In this document: piece by piece, positions 26,201-39,257 of the stretch | Layout: each line of letters begins with the position of its first letter | Numbering within the stretch: the first letter of the stretch is position 1 | DNA from: Eledone cirrhosa | Taxonomy: Eukaryota | Assembly: GCA_964016885.1 (NCBI GenBank) | Contig: OZ024763.1 | Location: forward strand, 1,612,001 to 1,676,000 | Length of the DNA: 64,000 nt | Direction: 5' to 3' | Made by a program: the position numbers and the translations under genes | Notes under the pieces: model-generated | Databases searched by the model: none | Told to the model about the DNA's origin: nothing | The model's input: the letters and a program-made list of their open reading frames with translations, nothing else

Positions 26201-29200
26201 GTGAAGGAATGGAATGAAAGACAAAGGTGAAGGAATGGAATGAAAGACAAAGGTGAAGGAATGGAATGAAAGACAGAGGTGAAGGAATGGAATGAAAGAC
26301 AAAGGTGAAGGAATGGAATGAAAGACAAAGGTGAAGGAATGGAATGAAAGACAAAGGTGAAGGAATGGAATGAAAGACAAAGGTGAAGGAATGGAATGAA
26401 AGACAGAGGTGAAGGAATGGAATGAAAGACAAAGGTGAAGGAATGGAATGAAAGACAAAGGTGAAGGAATGGAATGAAAGACAAAGGTGAAGGAATGGAA
26501 TGAAAGACAAAGGTGAAGGAATGGAATGAAAGACAGAGGTGAAGGAATGGAATGAAAGACAAAGGTGAAGGAATGGAATGAAAGACAAAGGTGAAGGAAT
26601 GGAATGAAAGACAAAGGTGAAGGAATGGAATGAAAGACAAAGGTGAAGGAATGGAATGAAAGACAAAGGTGAAGGAATGGAATGAAAGACAAAGGTGAAG
26701 GAATGGAATGAAAGACAAAGGTGAAGGAATGGAATGAAAGACAAAGGTGAAGGAATGGAATGAAAGACAAAGGTGAAGGAATGGAATGAAAGACAAAGGT
26801 GAAGGAATGGAATGAAAGACAAAGGTGAAGGAATAGAATGAAAGACAAAGGTGAAGGAATGGAATGAAAGACAAAGGTGAAGGAATGGAATGAAAGACAA
26901 AGGTGAAGGAATGGAATGAAAGACAAAGGTGAAGGAATGGAATGAAAGACAAAGGTGAAGGAATAGAATGAAAGACAAAGGTGAAGGAATAGAATGAAAG
27001 ACAAAGGTGAAGGAATGGAATGAAAGACAAAGGTGAAGGAATAGAATGAAAGACAAAGGTGAAGGAATGGAATGAAAGACAAAGGTGAAGGAATAGAATG
27101 AAAGACAAAGGTGAAGGAATGGAATGAAAGACAAAGGTGAAGGAATGGAATGAAAGACAAAGGTGAAGGAATAGAATGAAAGACAAAGGTGAAGGAATGG
27201 AATGAAAGACAAAGGTGAAGGAATGGAATGAAAGACAAAGGTGAAGGAATGGAATGAAAGACAAAGGTGAAGGAATAGAATGAAAGACAAAGGTGAAGGA
27301 ATGGAATGAAAGACAAAGGTGAAGGAATAGAATGAAAGACAAAGGTGAAGGAATGGAATGAAAGACAAAGGTGAAGGAATAGAATGAAAGACAAAGGTGA
27401 AGGAATGGAATGAAAGACAAAGGTGAAGGAATGGAATGAAAGACAAAGGTGAAGGAATGGAATGAAAGACAAAGGTGAAGGAATAGAATGAAAGACAAAG
27501 GTGAAGGAATGGAATGAAAGACAAAGGTGAAGGAATAGAATGAAAGACAAAGGTGAAGGAATGGAATGAAAGACAAAGGTGAAGGAATAGAATGAAAGAC
27601 AAAGGTGAAGGAATGGAATGAAAGACAAAAGAGGTGTAGGAAGGAGAATTAGAAGACAAAGGTGAAAGAAGGAATAGAATGAAAGACAAAGGTGAAGGAA
27701 TGGAATGAAAGACAAAGGTGAAGGAATGGAATGAAAGACAAAGGTGAAGGAATGGAATGAAAGACAAAGGTGAAGGAATAGAATGAAAGACAAAGGTGAA
27801 GGAATGGAATGAAAGACAAAGGTGAAGGAATGGAATGAAAGACAAAGGTGAAGGAATGGAATGAAAGACAAAGGTGAAGGAATAGAATGAAAGACAAAGG
27901 TGAAGGAATGGAATGAAAGACAAAGGTGAAGGAATAGAATGAAAGACAAAGGTGAAGGAATGGAATGAAAGACAAAGGTGAAGGAATAGAATGAAAGACA
28001 AAGGTGAAGGAATGGAATGAAAGACAAAAGAGGTGTAGGAAGGAGAATTAGAAGACAAAGGTGAAAGAAGGAATAGAATGAAAGACAAAGGTGAAGGAAT
28101 GGAATGAAAGACAAAGGTGAAGGAATGGAATGAAAGACAGAGGTGAAGGAATGGAATGAAAGACAAAGGTGAAGGAATGGAATGAAAGACAAAGGTGAAG
28201 GAATAGAATGAAAGACAAAGGTGAAGGAATGGAATGAAAGACAAAAGAGGTGTAGCAAGGAGAATTAGAAGACAAAGGTGAAAGAAGGAATAGAATGAAA
28301 GACAAAGGTGAAAGAAGGAATAGAATGAAAGACAGAGGTGAAGGAATGGAATGAAAGACAAAGGTGAAGGAATGGAATGAAAGACAAAAGAGGTGTAGCA
28401 AGGAGAATTAGAAGACAAAGGTGAAAGAAGGAATGGAATAAAAGACAAAGGTGAAGGAATGGAATGAAAGACAAAGGTGAAGGAATAGAATGAAAGACAA
28501 AGGTGAAGGAATGGAATGAAAGACAAAGGTGAAGGAATAGAATGAAAGACAAAGGTGAAGGAATAGAATGAAAGACAAAGGTGAAGGAATGGAATGAAAG
28601 ACAAAGGTGAAGGAATAGAATGAAAGACAAAGGTGAAGGAATGGAATAGAATGAAAGACAAAGGTGAAGGAATGGAATGAAAGACAAAGGTGAAGGAATG
28701 GAATGAAAGACAAAAGAGGTGTAGGAAGGAGAATTAGAAGACAAAGGTGAAAGAAGGAATAGAATGAAAGACAAAGGTGAAGGAATGGAATGAAAGACAA
28801 AGGTGAAGGAATGGAATGAAAGACAGAGGTGAAGGAATGGAATGAAAGACAAAGGTGAAGGAATGGAATGAAAGACAAAGGTGAAGGAATAGAATGAAAG
28901 ACAAAGGTGAAGGAATGGAATGAAAGACAAAGGTGAAGGAATGGAATGAAAGACAAAGGTGAAGGAATGGAATGAAAGACAAAGGTGAAGGAATAGAATG
29001 AAAGACAAAGGTGAAGGAATGGAATGAAAGACAAAGGTGAAGGAATAGAATGAAAGACAAAGGTGAAGGAATGGAATGAAAGACAAAGGTGAAGGAATAG
29101 AATGAAAGACAAAGGTGAAGGAATGGAATGAAAGACAAAGGTGAAGGAATGGAATGAAAGACAAAGGTGAAGGAATGGAATGAAAGACAAAAGAGGTGTA

Positions 29201-32200
29201 GGAAGGAGAATTAGAAGACAAAGGTGAAAGAAGGAATAGAATGAAAGACAAAGGTGAAGGAATGGAATGAAAGACAAAGGTGAAGGAATGGAATGAAAGA
29301 CAAAGGTGAAGGAATGGAATGAAAGACAAAGGTGAAGGAATAGAATGAAAGACAAAGGTGAAGGAATGGAATGAAAGACAAAAGAGGTGTAGCAAGGAGA
29401 ATTAGAAGACAAAGGTGAAAGAAGGAATAGAATGAAAGACAAAGGTGAAAGAAGGAATAGAATGAAAGACAGAGGTGAAGGAATGGAATGAAAGACAAAG
29501 GTGAAGGAATGGAATGAAAGACAAAAGAGGTGTAGCAAGGAGAATTAGAAGACAAAGGTGAAAGAAGGAATGGAATGAAAGACAAAGGTGAAGGAATGGA
29601 ATGAAAGACAAAGGTGAAGGAATAGAATGAAAGACAAAGGTGAAGGAATGGAATGAAAGACAAAGGTGAAGGAATAGAATGAAAGACAAAGGTGAAGGAA
29701 TGGAATGAAAGACAAAGGTGAAGGAATAGAATGAAAGACAAAGGTGAAGGAATGGAATAGAATGAAAGACAAAGGTGAAGGAATGGAATGAAAGACAAAG
29801 GTGAAGGAATGGAATGAAAGACAAAAGAGGTGTAGGAAGGAGAATTAGAAGACAAAGGTGAAAGAAGGAATAGAATGAAAGACAAAGGTGAAGGAATGGA
29901 ATGAAAGACAAAGGTGAAGGAATGGAATGAAAGACAAAGGTGAAGGAATGGAATGAAAGACAAAGGTGAAGGAATGGAATGAAAGACAAAGGTGAAGGAA
30001 TGGAATGAAAGACAAAGGTGAAGGAATGGAATGAAAGACAAAGGTGAAGGAATGGAATGAAAGACAAAGGTGAAGGAATAGAATGAAAGACAAAGGTGAA
30101 GGAATGGAATGAAAGACAAAGGTGAAGGAATGGAATGAAAGACAAAGGTGAAGGAATGGAATGAAAGACAAAGGTGAAGGAATGGAATGAAAGACAAAGG
30201 TGAAGGAATGGAATGAAAGACAAAGGTGAAGGAATGGAATGAAAGACAAAGGTGAAGGAATGGAATGAAAGACAAAGGTGAAGGAATAGAATGAAAGACA
30301 AAGGTGAAGGAATGGAATGAAAGACAAAGGTGAAGGAATGGAATGAAAGACAAAGGTGAAGGAATGGAATGAAAGACAAAGGTGAAGGAATGGAATGAAA
30401 GACAAAGGTGAAGGAATGGAATGAAAGACAAAGGTGAAGGAATGGAATGAAAGACAAAGGTGAAGGAATGGAATGAAAGACAAAGGTGAAGGAATAGAAT
30501 GAAAGACAAAGGTGAAGGAATGGAATGAAAGACAAAGGTGAAGGAATGGAATGAAAGACAAAGGTGAAGGAATGGAATGAAAGACAAAGGTGAAGGAATG
30601 GAATGAAAGACAAAGGTGAAGGAATGGAATGAAAGACAAAGGTGAAGGAATGGAATGAAAGACAAAGGTGAAGGAATGGAATGAAAGACAAAGGTGAAGG
30701 AATGGAATGAAAGACAAAAGAGGTGTAGCAAGGAGAATTAGAAGACAAAGGTGAAAGAAGGAATAGAATGAAAGACAAAGGTGAAGGAATGGAATGAAAG
30801 ACAAAGGTGAAGGAATGGAATGAAAGACAAAGGTGAAGGAATGGAATGAAAGACAAAGGTGAAGGAATGGAATGAAAGACAAAGGTGAAGGAATGGAATG
30901 AAAGACAAAGGTGAAGGAATGGAATGAAAGACAAAGGTGAAGGAATGGAATGAAAGACAAAAGAGGTGTAGCAAGGAGAATTAGAAGACAAAGGTGAAAG
31001 AAGGAATAGAATGAAAGACAAAGGTGAAGGAATGGAATGAAAGACAAAGGTGAAGGAATGGAATGAAAGACAAAAGAGGTGTAGCAAGGAGAATTAGAAG
31101 ACAAAGGTGAAAGAAGGAATAGAATGAAAGACAGAGGTGAAGGAATGGAATGAAAGACAAAGGTGAAGGAATGGAATGAAAGACAAAAGAGGTGTAGCAA
31201 GGAGAATTAGAAGACAAAGGTGAAAGAAGGAATAGAATGAAAGACAAAGGTGAAGGAATGGAATGAAAGACAAAAGAGGTGTAGGAAGGAGAATTAGAAG
31301 ACAAAGGTGAAAGAAGGAATAGAATGAAAGACAGAGGTGAAGGAATGGAATGAAAGACAAAGGTGAAGGAATGGAATGAAAGACAAAAGAGGTGTAGCAA
31401 GGAGAATTAGAAGACAAAGGTGAAAGAAGGAATAGAATGAAAGACAAAGGTGAAGGAATGGAATGAAAGACAAAAGAGGTGTAGGAAGGAGAATTAGAAG
31501 ACAAAGGTGAAAGAAGGAATAGAATGAAAGACAGAGGTGAAGGAATGGAATGAAAGACAAAGGTGAAGGAATGGAATGAAAGACAAAAGAGGTGTAGCAA
31601 GGAGAATTAGAAGACAAAGGTGAAAGAAGGAATAGAATGAAAGACAGAGGTGAAGGAATGGAATGAAAGACAAAGGTGAAGGAATGGAATGAAAGACAAA
31701 AGAGGTGTAGCAAGGAGAATTAGAAGACAAAGGTGAAAGAAGGAATAGAATGAAAGACAGAGGTGAAGGAATAGAATGAAAGACAAAGGTGAAGGAATGG
31801 AATGAAAGACAAAAGAGGTGTAGCAAGGAGAATTAGAAGACAAAGGTGAAAGAAGGAATAGAATGAAAGACAGAGGTGAAGGAATGGAATGAAAGACAAA
31901 GGTGAAGGAATGGAATGAAAGACAAAGGTGAAGGAATGGAATGAAAGACAAAGGTGAAGGAATGGAATGAAAGACAAAAGGTGGTGTAGCAAGGAGAATT
32001 AGAAGACAAAGGTGAAAGAAGGAATAGAATGAAAGACAAAGGTGAAGGAATGGAATGAAAGACAAAGGTGAAGGAATGGAATGAAAGACAAAGGTGAAGG
32101 AATGGAATGAAAGACAAAAGAGGTGTAGCAAGGAGAATTAGAAGACAAAGGTGAAAGAAGGAATAGAATGAAAGACAAAGGTGAAGGAATGGAATGAAAG

Positions 32201-32603
32201 ACAAAGGTGAAGGAATGGAATGAAAGACAAAAGAGGTGTAGGAAGGAGAATTAGAAGACAAAGGTGAAAGAAGGAATAGAATGAAAGACAAAGGTGAAGG
32301 AATGGAATGAAAGACAAAAGAGGTGTAGGAAGGAGAATTAGAAGACAAAGGTGAAAGAAGGAATAGAATGAAAGACAAAGGTGAAGGAATGGAATGAAAG
32401 ACAAAGGTGAAGGAATGGAATGAAAGACAAAGGTGAAGGAATGGAATGAAAGACAAAGGTGAAGGAATGGAATGAAAGACAAAGGTGAAGGAATGGAATG
32501 AAAGACAAAAGGTGGTGTAGAGGAAGGAGAATAAAAGACAAAGGAGGTGGTGTAGAGGAAGGAGAATAAAAGACAAAGGAGGTGGTGTAGGAGAAGGTAA
32601 AGA
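20261..32603. repeat. 26-bp purine-rich satellite, about 12 kb, with periodic variant cassettes
   Basis: Unit GAAAGACAAAGGTGAAGGAAT(G/A)GAAT interrupted by AAGAGGTGTAG(G/C)AAGGAGAATTAGAAGAC. Confidence 0.97.
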
Positions 32604-32755
32604 ATTGTTGGTATATTTACTTAATTTATACTCAACTTTCACACAAAAATGTCACAAAAATCAATCAATAAAATTTGAATGTAACTCTATCTTTTGTTTG
32701 ATACACAGATATATGTGTATATATATATATATACATACAGGTGTGTGCGTGTATG

Positions 32756-32797
<42 letters not shown>

Positions 32798-32877
32798 TAT
32801 ATATATATATATACGTACATATATATATATATACGCACGTTAAACGATGATGATGATGATGATGATGATGATATTTG

Positions 32878-33170
32878 ATGGCTGCCCCCTCGTTATCGAG
32901 TATAGCCATTGCACAATATACCATTATTAATAATTATTAATTAATTTTATTGTGCAATGCCTGTGTGTGAAGATATTTTTTAAAGTGAAGAAAGACTGTG
33001 CACTGAGCCAATCCCACTCTCTGAGAGACAGTAGCTATAACCTGAAAAGAAGAAAAGATCAACATCATCGGTATTTACTGAGCCGCAGGTTTTATATCGG
33101 AGTCATCCCAGTTTCCTGAGTTGCCTTCTCCTAGAAGAATGCCCTGACAAAGGCTAGGGGTCCTTCACTC
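32878..33170. mobile_element. Old non-coding dispersed repeat, possibly a non-autonomous RTE derivative
   Basis: Colinear blocks shared with 36057-36441: ggctgcc..ctcgtt.tcgagta, gcaatgcctgtg, tcccactctct, tcaacatcat, ccttctcctagaa. Confidence 0.6.
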
Positions 33171-33220
33171 CCAGTGGTTTAACCACACTCAACAAATAAT
33201 TGGAGTAAAAATACGTTATT

Positions 33221-33273
33221 AACAAATGGAAACTATATTTATAAAACCATATTTATTTCATTATACATATTTC
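33221..33273 (-). mobile_element. Family B fragment truncated at the hammerhead GAAA
   Basis: aacaaatggaaactatatttataaaaccatatttatttcattatacatatttc matches 10034-10086. Confidence 0.75.
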
Positions 33274-33535
33274 CCAACTATTTCTATATCCCTGTGCATA
33301 TACATACATATGTACATGTGTATATACATATTTACACACTTTTGGATGGCCATACACACATACATACACGCACACACCTGTATGCATACATATGTACAAT
33401 ATATTTGTGATTGTGTGTGTGTATATATACATATATATATACATACATACTCATACTGGTGTGTATATATACATATATATATACATACATACTGGTGTGT
33501 ATATATACATATATATATACATACATACTCATACT

Positions 33536-33648
33536 GGTCTGTTGGAGATGCAGGATATGGCAGCGATAATGAGGGACAGAGACCGCTGGAGAGAACTCGT
33601 CCATGGATCTCGGGAATTTTACCTGCCTTAGACATACTCATATACTCA
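33536..33648 (+). mobile_element. RTE-like 3' end fragment (third family)
   Basis: GLLEMQDMAAIMRDRDRWRELVH...stop, followed by TACTCA repeats. Confidence 0.5.
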
Positions 33649-33959
33649 AATACAGATATATATATGTATACATACACTCATATACACACAGATATATATA
33701 GTATATATATATATATATACATACTCATACACAAATACAGATAGCTCGCTCTATCCCTCTCTCTCTATATATATATATGTGTATATATATGTGTATATAT
33801 ATATGTATACACACACACGCACATATATATATATACACACACACGCATATACACACACATGATCTTCTTTCTATTTTATCCAATAGCACTTGATTACTGA
33901 GAATGCGTATGTATATATATATCTGCATATGTGTTTGTATTTATGTTTGTGTGTGTATT

Positions 33960-33996
<37 letters not shown>

Positions 33997-34085
33997 GGTG
34001 TTGGATGCTTAAAGCGTCCGTATGCGGCCGTTTGAGCACTCGATGCTCTCCAGTGTTGCGACGAATGTGATATATATATATATAC

Positions 34086-34424
34086 CATCATCATCATCAT
34101 TTTACGTCTGCTTTTTCCCTGCTTGCAAGGGTGGGACGGGAACTGATTCTGGCTTGATTTCTACAGCTGGATGCCCTTCCTAACACCAACCACATTTACA
34201 GTGAGTGCTGGGTGCTTTTTTTTCCGTGGCACCTCCACGACCACTTTACAGTGGAATGATAGGGACCCCAGTCCCTATCATCTCATTTCTACAGCTGAGT
34301 AAACTGGAGCAATGTGAAATAAAGTGTCTTGCTCAAGGAAACAACACATCACCCGGTCTGAGAATTGAACTTACAACCTTTCGATTGCAAGGCCAATGCT
34401 CTGACCACTAGGCCATGTGCGTCC
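34086..34424 (-). mobile_element. tRNA-derived CORE-SINE with RTE tail
   Basis: A/B boxes, CORE-like domain, RTE 3' UTR and (GAT)n tail; homologous to 52306-52652. Confidence 0.9.
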
Positions 34425-35313
34425 ATCATATATTGCATATATATATATATATATACACACGTGTGTGTGTATATATATATATATATACACACACGTGTGT
34501 GTATATATACATATACATATATATATATATATACACACACACATTTTGTATGTGTATATATGCTTGTGTGTCTTTTATGTTTTACTACTGTTAGACGTGT
34601 GTTAGACGTGTGTACACACACATACTTACATACACGCACATCACTCACACACGCTCACTCTCTTGCTCTCTTGCACTCTTACTCACTCTCGCCTGCTCGC
34701 ACTCGCACTCAGACATGCTTGCACTCTTGCTTGACCCCTAACACTCTCTCACTCGCTCTCGCTCTCTTACTCACATGCTTACACCCCTCCCCCCCCACTC
34801 CCCCACTCACACACACTCCACCCCACTCACCCCCCTCCACTCAAACATCCACACATCATGTCAACTTACCTAGGAATATATTACTGCTATGGAGAAACAT
34901 GGAAGTAAGTCTTTCAAGAAGACAAACGTTTATGTCTTCTAATTATAGCGTTAACTTTTGCCCAACAAACCATCAAAGAAAATCTTGTTAGGGTTCCCTT
35001 TCAGTTCCCTTTTATTTTATTCTTCAGATTTAACAGCAGTTTTTTGGGGTTTTTTCTTGAAATAACTTTAGTTTTATGTTGTTCAATGACAGATCCCACC
35101 ATTTTATGAATGTTACATCAAATACTCTTCTTGATATTTAAGCTTCTCGGGTATTTGTCTGTCTGTCTGTCTGTCTCTCTCTCTGTTTGTCTCTCTCTAT
35201 ATATATATATCTTTCTCTCCATCTTTCTCTCCATCTCTCTCTCCATCTCTCCCTCTCTCTCTCCATCTCTCCCTCTCTTTCCATCTCTCTCTCTCTTTCT
35301 CTCTCTCTTTCTG

Positions 35314-35365
<52 letters not shown>

Positions 35366-35626
35366 TTCTCTCCATCTCTCTCTCCTCATCTCTCTCTCTT
35401 TCCATCACTTTCTCTCTCTTTCCATGTCCCTCTCTCTCCCCACCTCTCCCTCTCTCTCCCCACCTCTCCCTCTCTTTCTATCTTTCCATCTCTCTCTATC
35501 TTTCCATCTCTCTCTATAATATATATATATATACATATATTGAATAAAATGACAGTAGGTCGAACTGGAGAATTTCCTTTAAAGTTTTATTATTGCAAAC
35601 ACTTTATATATTTCAGTGGGTAGGTT

Positions 35627-35892
35627 ATATAGGTATGTGTGTGTATCTATATAGAATTATATGTAAATATATATAGGTATGTGTGTGTGTATCTATATAG
35701 AATTATATGTAAATATATATAGATTTATGTGTGTATCTATATAGAATTATATGTAAATATATAGTATATGTGTGTATCTATATAGAATTATATGTAAATA
35801 TATATAGATATATGTGTGTATCTATATAGAATTATATGTAAATATATATAGGTATATGTGTGTATCTATATAGAATTATATGTAAATATATA
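35627..35892. repeat. About 40-44-bp AT-rich minisatellite, 6 copies
   Basis: gtgtgtatctatatagaattatatgtaaatatata repeated. Confidence 0.9.
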
Positions 35893-36056
35893 TATCTCTT
35901 GTGATGCTAAACTCTGCCAGTTGCAGACTGCACATTAACATGTGATATCTCTCTCCACGCAGCAAAGATATATATGTAAATGTATGTATGTATACTTTAT
36001 TGGCAGCATAACCCTCCCAAAGTATAATAATATGTATGTATATATATATATATATG

Positions 36057-36441
36057 GTGGCTGCCAACTCGTTTTCGAGTACGGCCCCTACTTTATATCC
36101 ATGTAGGAGAACCCCTACCGATGCGCTGAACGAGTGTGACTTTTTAGTCCAGCCAGCGACTTGAAAACTCTGGTACAAACACTACACTTGTGACAATTAC
36201 TGACACATAGTGCTGGGCCCATGGTACCATGTGACAAGTACAAGTACAGAGAGATCTCCAGATATAAAGCAATGCCTGTGCCGTGAAGCTTTTATAGTGA
36301 GCAAAGGCACTGCACAAAGCCAGTCCCACTCTCTTAACCAAGATGATATTTACCAAAAAGAACAAGTCAACATCATTGAATACCATCAGGGTTGCAGGTG
36401 TTATATCAGAGTTTTCCTTCTCCTAGAATTCTGCCTTGACA
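36057..36441. mobile_element. Second copy of the old dispersed repeat at 32878
   Basis: Same colinear blocks as 32878-33170. Confidence 0.6.
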
Positions 36442-37341
36442 ATATATATATACATATATACACACATACATAGATATACAGATAGTGAGAAGAGTTAGTA
36501 AGAGATAAGATGTTATTTGTCAGATAAAACCATTATTCAACTGGGTACCTGGGTATTTGATACTTTTAAGGATGTACTGTAGATATTAATCCATTACATG
36601 TCAGCCCAACATTCCAAGCTTGAAACCATTTCAACAATTCAGTATTTAACATTTAACATGCCTGCGTATCTTTCTACCAGAATTTGTAGCACGGTGTATA
36701 AATCTTTACCAAGATAGTTCCAATTACCATAACAGATAAACAAGCTATAGTTAATTTAATAGTACCCACATTGGCTAATTATAACCAAAAACTTAGTTTT
36801 AAAAGGACTAACTTCTTCTGTTTAATGGTCCCCAATGTTACTCCTAATTACAATTGTTTGAAAATTAAAAATTTTTAAATTAAAAAAAAAAAAAATGGAA
36901 AAACCCTTACATAAAATAAAATAGGTTTTAAATTTTGTCGTTAAATTCTAAAAAAAAAATTGTCAATAAATTTTCCTTGGCAATGGAATGAGATGAGACT
37001 ATAAGTTTTCCAAAAATTTGTTTTGTTACAATCAATATTTTGATTCTATTAAATTTTCGACAGATTTAATAACTCTTAAGATAATGTGCATTTGCCATAA
37101 GGTGAAAATACTAACATTGTTGCATTTGTAATTAGAAAATCAATTAAAGATAGTTTTACCTTTGTTTATTTATTATTTTTTTTCATTTTATTTTAATTTT
37201 TTTTAATTTTTTTCAACATCCCTGAAATCCCCTGCAAGGCAGACAACACAAACGTTATATATCATCATCATCGTTTTGCGTCCATCTTCCACACACTCAT
37301 ATATATATATATGTATGTATGTATGTGTATGTATGTATGTG

Positions 37342-37374
<33 letters not shown>

Positions 37375-37673
37375 TTGTATATATATATGTGTGCGTGTGT
37401 GTTTGTATATATATATGTGTGTGTGTGTGTTTGTATATATATATGTGTGTGTTTGTATATATATATGTGTGTGTGTTTGTATATATATATACATGTGTGT
37501 TTGTATATATATATGTGTGTGTGTGTTTGTATATATGTGTGTGTGTGTTTGTATATATGTGTGTGTTTGTATATATATATGTGTGTGCTTGTATATATGT
37601 GTTTGTATATATGTATGTATATATATATGTGTTTGTATATATGTATATATATATGTATGTATATATATGTGTT

Positions 37674-37714
<41 letters not shown>

Positions 37715-37811
37715 CTTTGCATGTTTGTATATATATATATATATATATATACACTCACACACACACGTGTGTTCGTATGTATGTGTATGTATACGCACAT
37801 ATGTACATATA

Positions 37812-37845
<34 letters not shown>

Positions 37846-38079
37846 ACTAATGTGAAATGGAATTTGATTGAAGAACAAATAAAACCAAAAGCAAAAGTAA
37901 AGTCATTGATTGGTTATCTTCCTGGAAGCTGAATGGGTGAAACTGAAGGAAATCTCCATTGATAACATTGAGTTTAAAATATAAGGTGTGACATCATGCC
38001 ATCTTGTCAATTGTTGTAGGTTTTAACCACTAGAAGTTTTTCAACACACTGATGTGTATGTGTGTGTGTGTGTGTATGT

Positions 38080-38416
38080 GGAGGTACATGGCTTAGTGGT
38101 TAGAGCATTGAGCTTACAATCGAAAGGTTGTGAGTTCAATTCTCAGACCGGGTGATGTGTTGTTTCCTTGAGCAAGACACTTTATTTCACATTGCTCCAG
38201 TTTACTCAGCTGTAGAAATGAGATGATAGGGACTGGGGCCCCTATCATTCCACTGCAAAGTGGTCGTGGAGGCGCCACAGAAAAAAAAAAGCACCCAGCA
38301 CTCACTGTAAATGAGGTTGGTGTTAGGAAGAGCATCCAGCTGTAGAAATCAAGCCAGAATCAGTTCCCGTCCCACCCTTGCAAGCAGGGAGAGGCAGATG
38401 TAAAAAAAAAAAAAAA
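38080..38416 (+). mobile_element. CORE-SINE with RTE tail
   Basis: A box TGGCTTAGTGG, B box GAGTTCAATTC, CORE-like ccttgagcaagacact...cagtttactcagctgtagaaatg; ends in an A run. Confidence 0.9.
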
Positions 38417-38455
38417 TATGTGTGTGTGTGTGCATATGCATACATTTAAATGTAT

Positions 38456-39150
38456 GAAGGCACATGGCTTTGTGGTTAGTGTTGGGCTTGCAATTGAGAA
38501 GTTGTGAGTTTTATTCTCTGACTGGGTGATGAGTTGTGTCCTTTAACCCTTTAGCATTTAAACCGGCCAGAATTCTCTCACCTCTTTCTGCTCAAACCAG
38601 CTGTAACTGGCCACTCATACTGATGCTAAGGTATTGTTCTTGAAATAAATAATATCAAAATCTCATAGATTCGATATTATGTGAGATAATTATGTAAGAT
38701 AAGCCCTTACCATGAAAATACAATAGTATATATAGAGTAATGTAAATGTCATGTGAGATATTATGTGAGGTAAAGCCTTTACTGTGAAAATACAATAGTA
38801 TATATAGAGTAATGTAAATGCTATGTGAGATATTATGTGAGGTAAAGCCTTTACAGTGAAAATACAATAGTATATATAGAGTAATGTAAATGTTATGTGA
38901 GATATTATGTGAGGTAAAGCCTTTACAGTGAAAATACAATAGTATATATAGAGTAATGTAAATGTTATGTGAGATATTATGTGAGGTAAAGCCTTTACAG
39001 TGAAAATACAATAGTATATATAGAGTAATGTAAATAGTAAAGGGTTAAGCAAGACATTTTATTTCACGTTGCTGCAGTTTACTCAGCTGTAGAAATGAGT
39101 TGTCACTGGTGCCAAGCTGTATCAGCCATTGCCTTTCCCTTGGACATCAT
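38456..39150 (+). mobile_element. Older CORE-SINE with a different tail, split by a TTAA MITE
   Basis: The head at 38456-38546 rejoins across TTAA with gcaagacattttatttcac at 39049. The tail appears to resume at about 40930-41100. Confidence 0.75.
38547..39044. mobile_element. piggyBac-type MITE with about 4.5 internal 72-bp repeats
   Basis: TTAA|CCCTTTAGCATTT...AAATAGTAAAGGG|TTAA. Confidence 0.88.
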
Positions 39151-39257
39151 ATATAGTGTATATATTGTGTATATATATGTATATATATATATTGTGATGT
39201 CACTGGTGCCAAGCTGTATCAGCCATTACCTTTCCATTGGACATCATATATAGTGTA

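Noticed and set aside
17126-32642. Long K/E-rich and F/S/L/H-rich ORFs
   Set aside because: Satellite translations with no unique domain or splice evidence.
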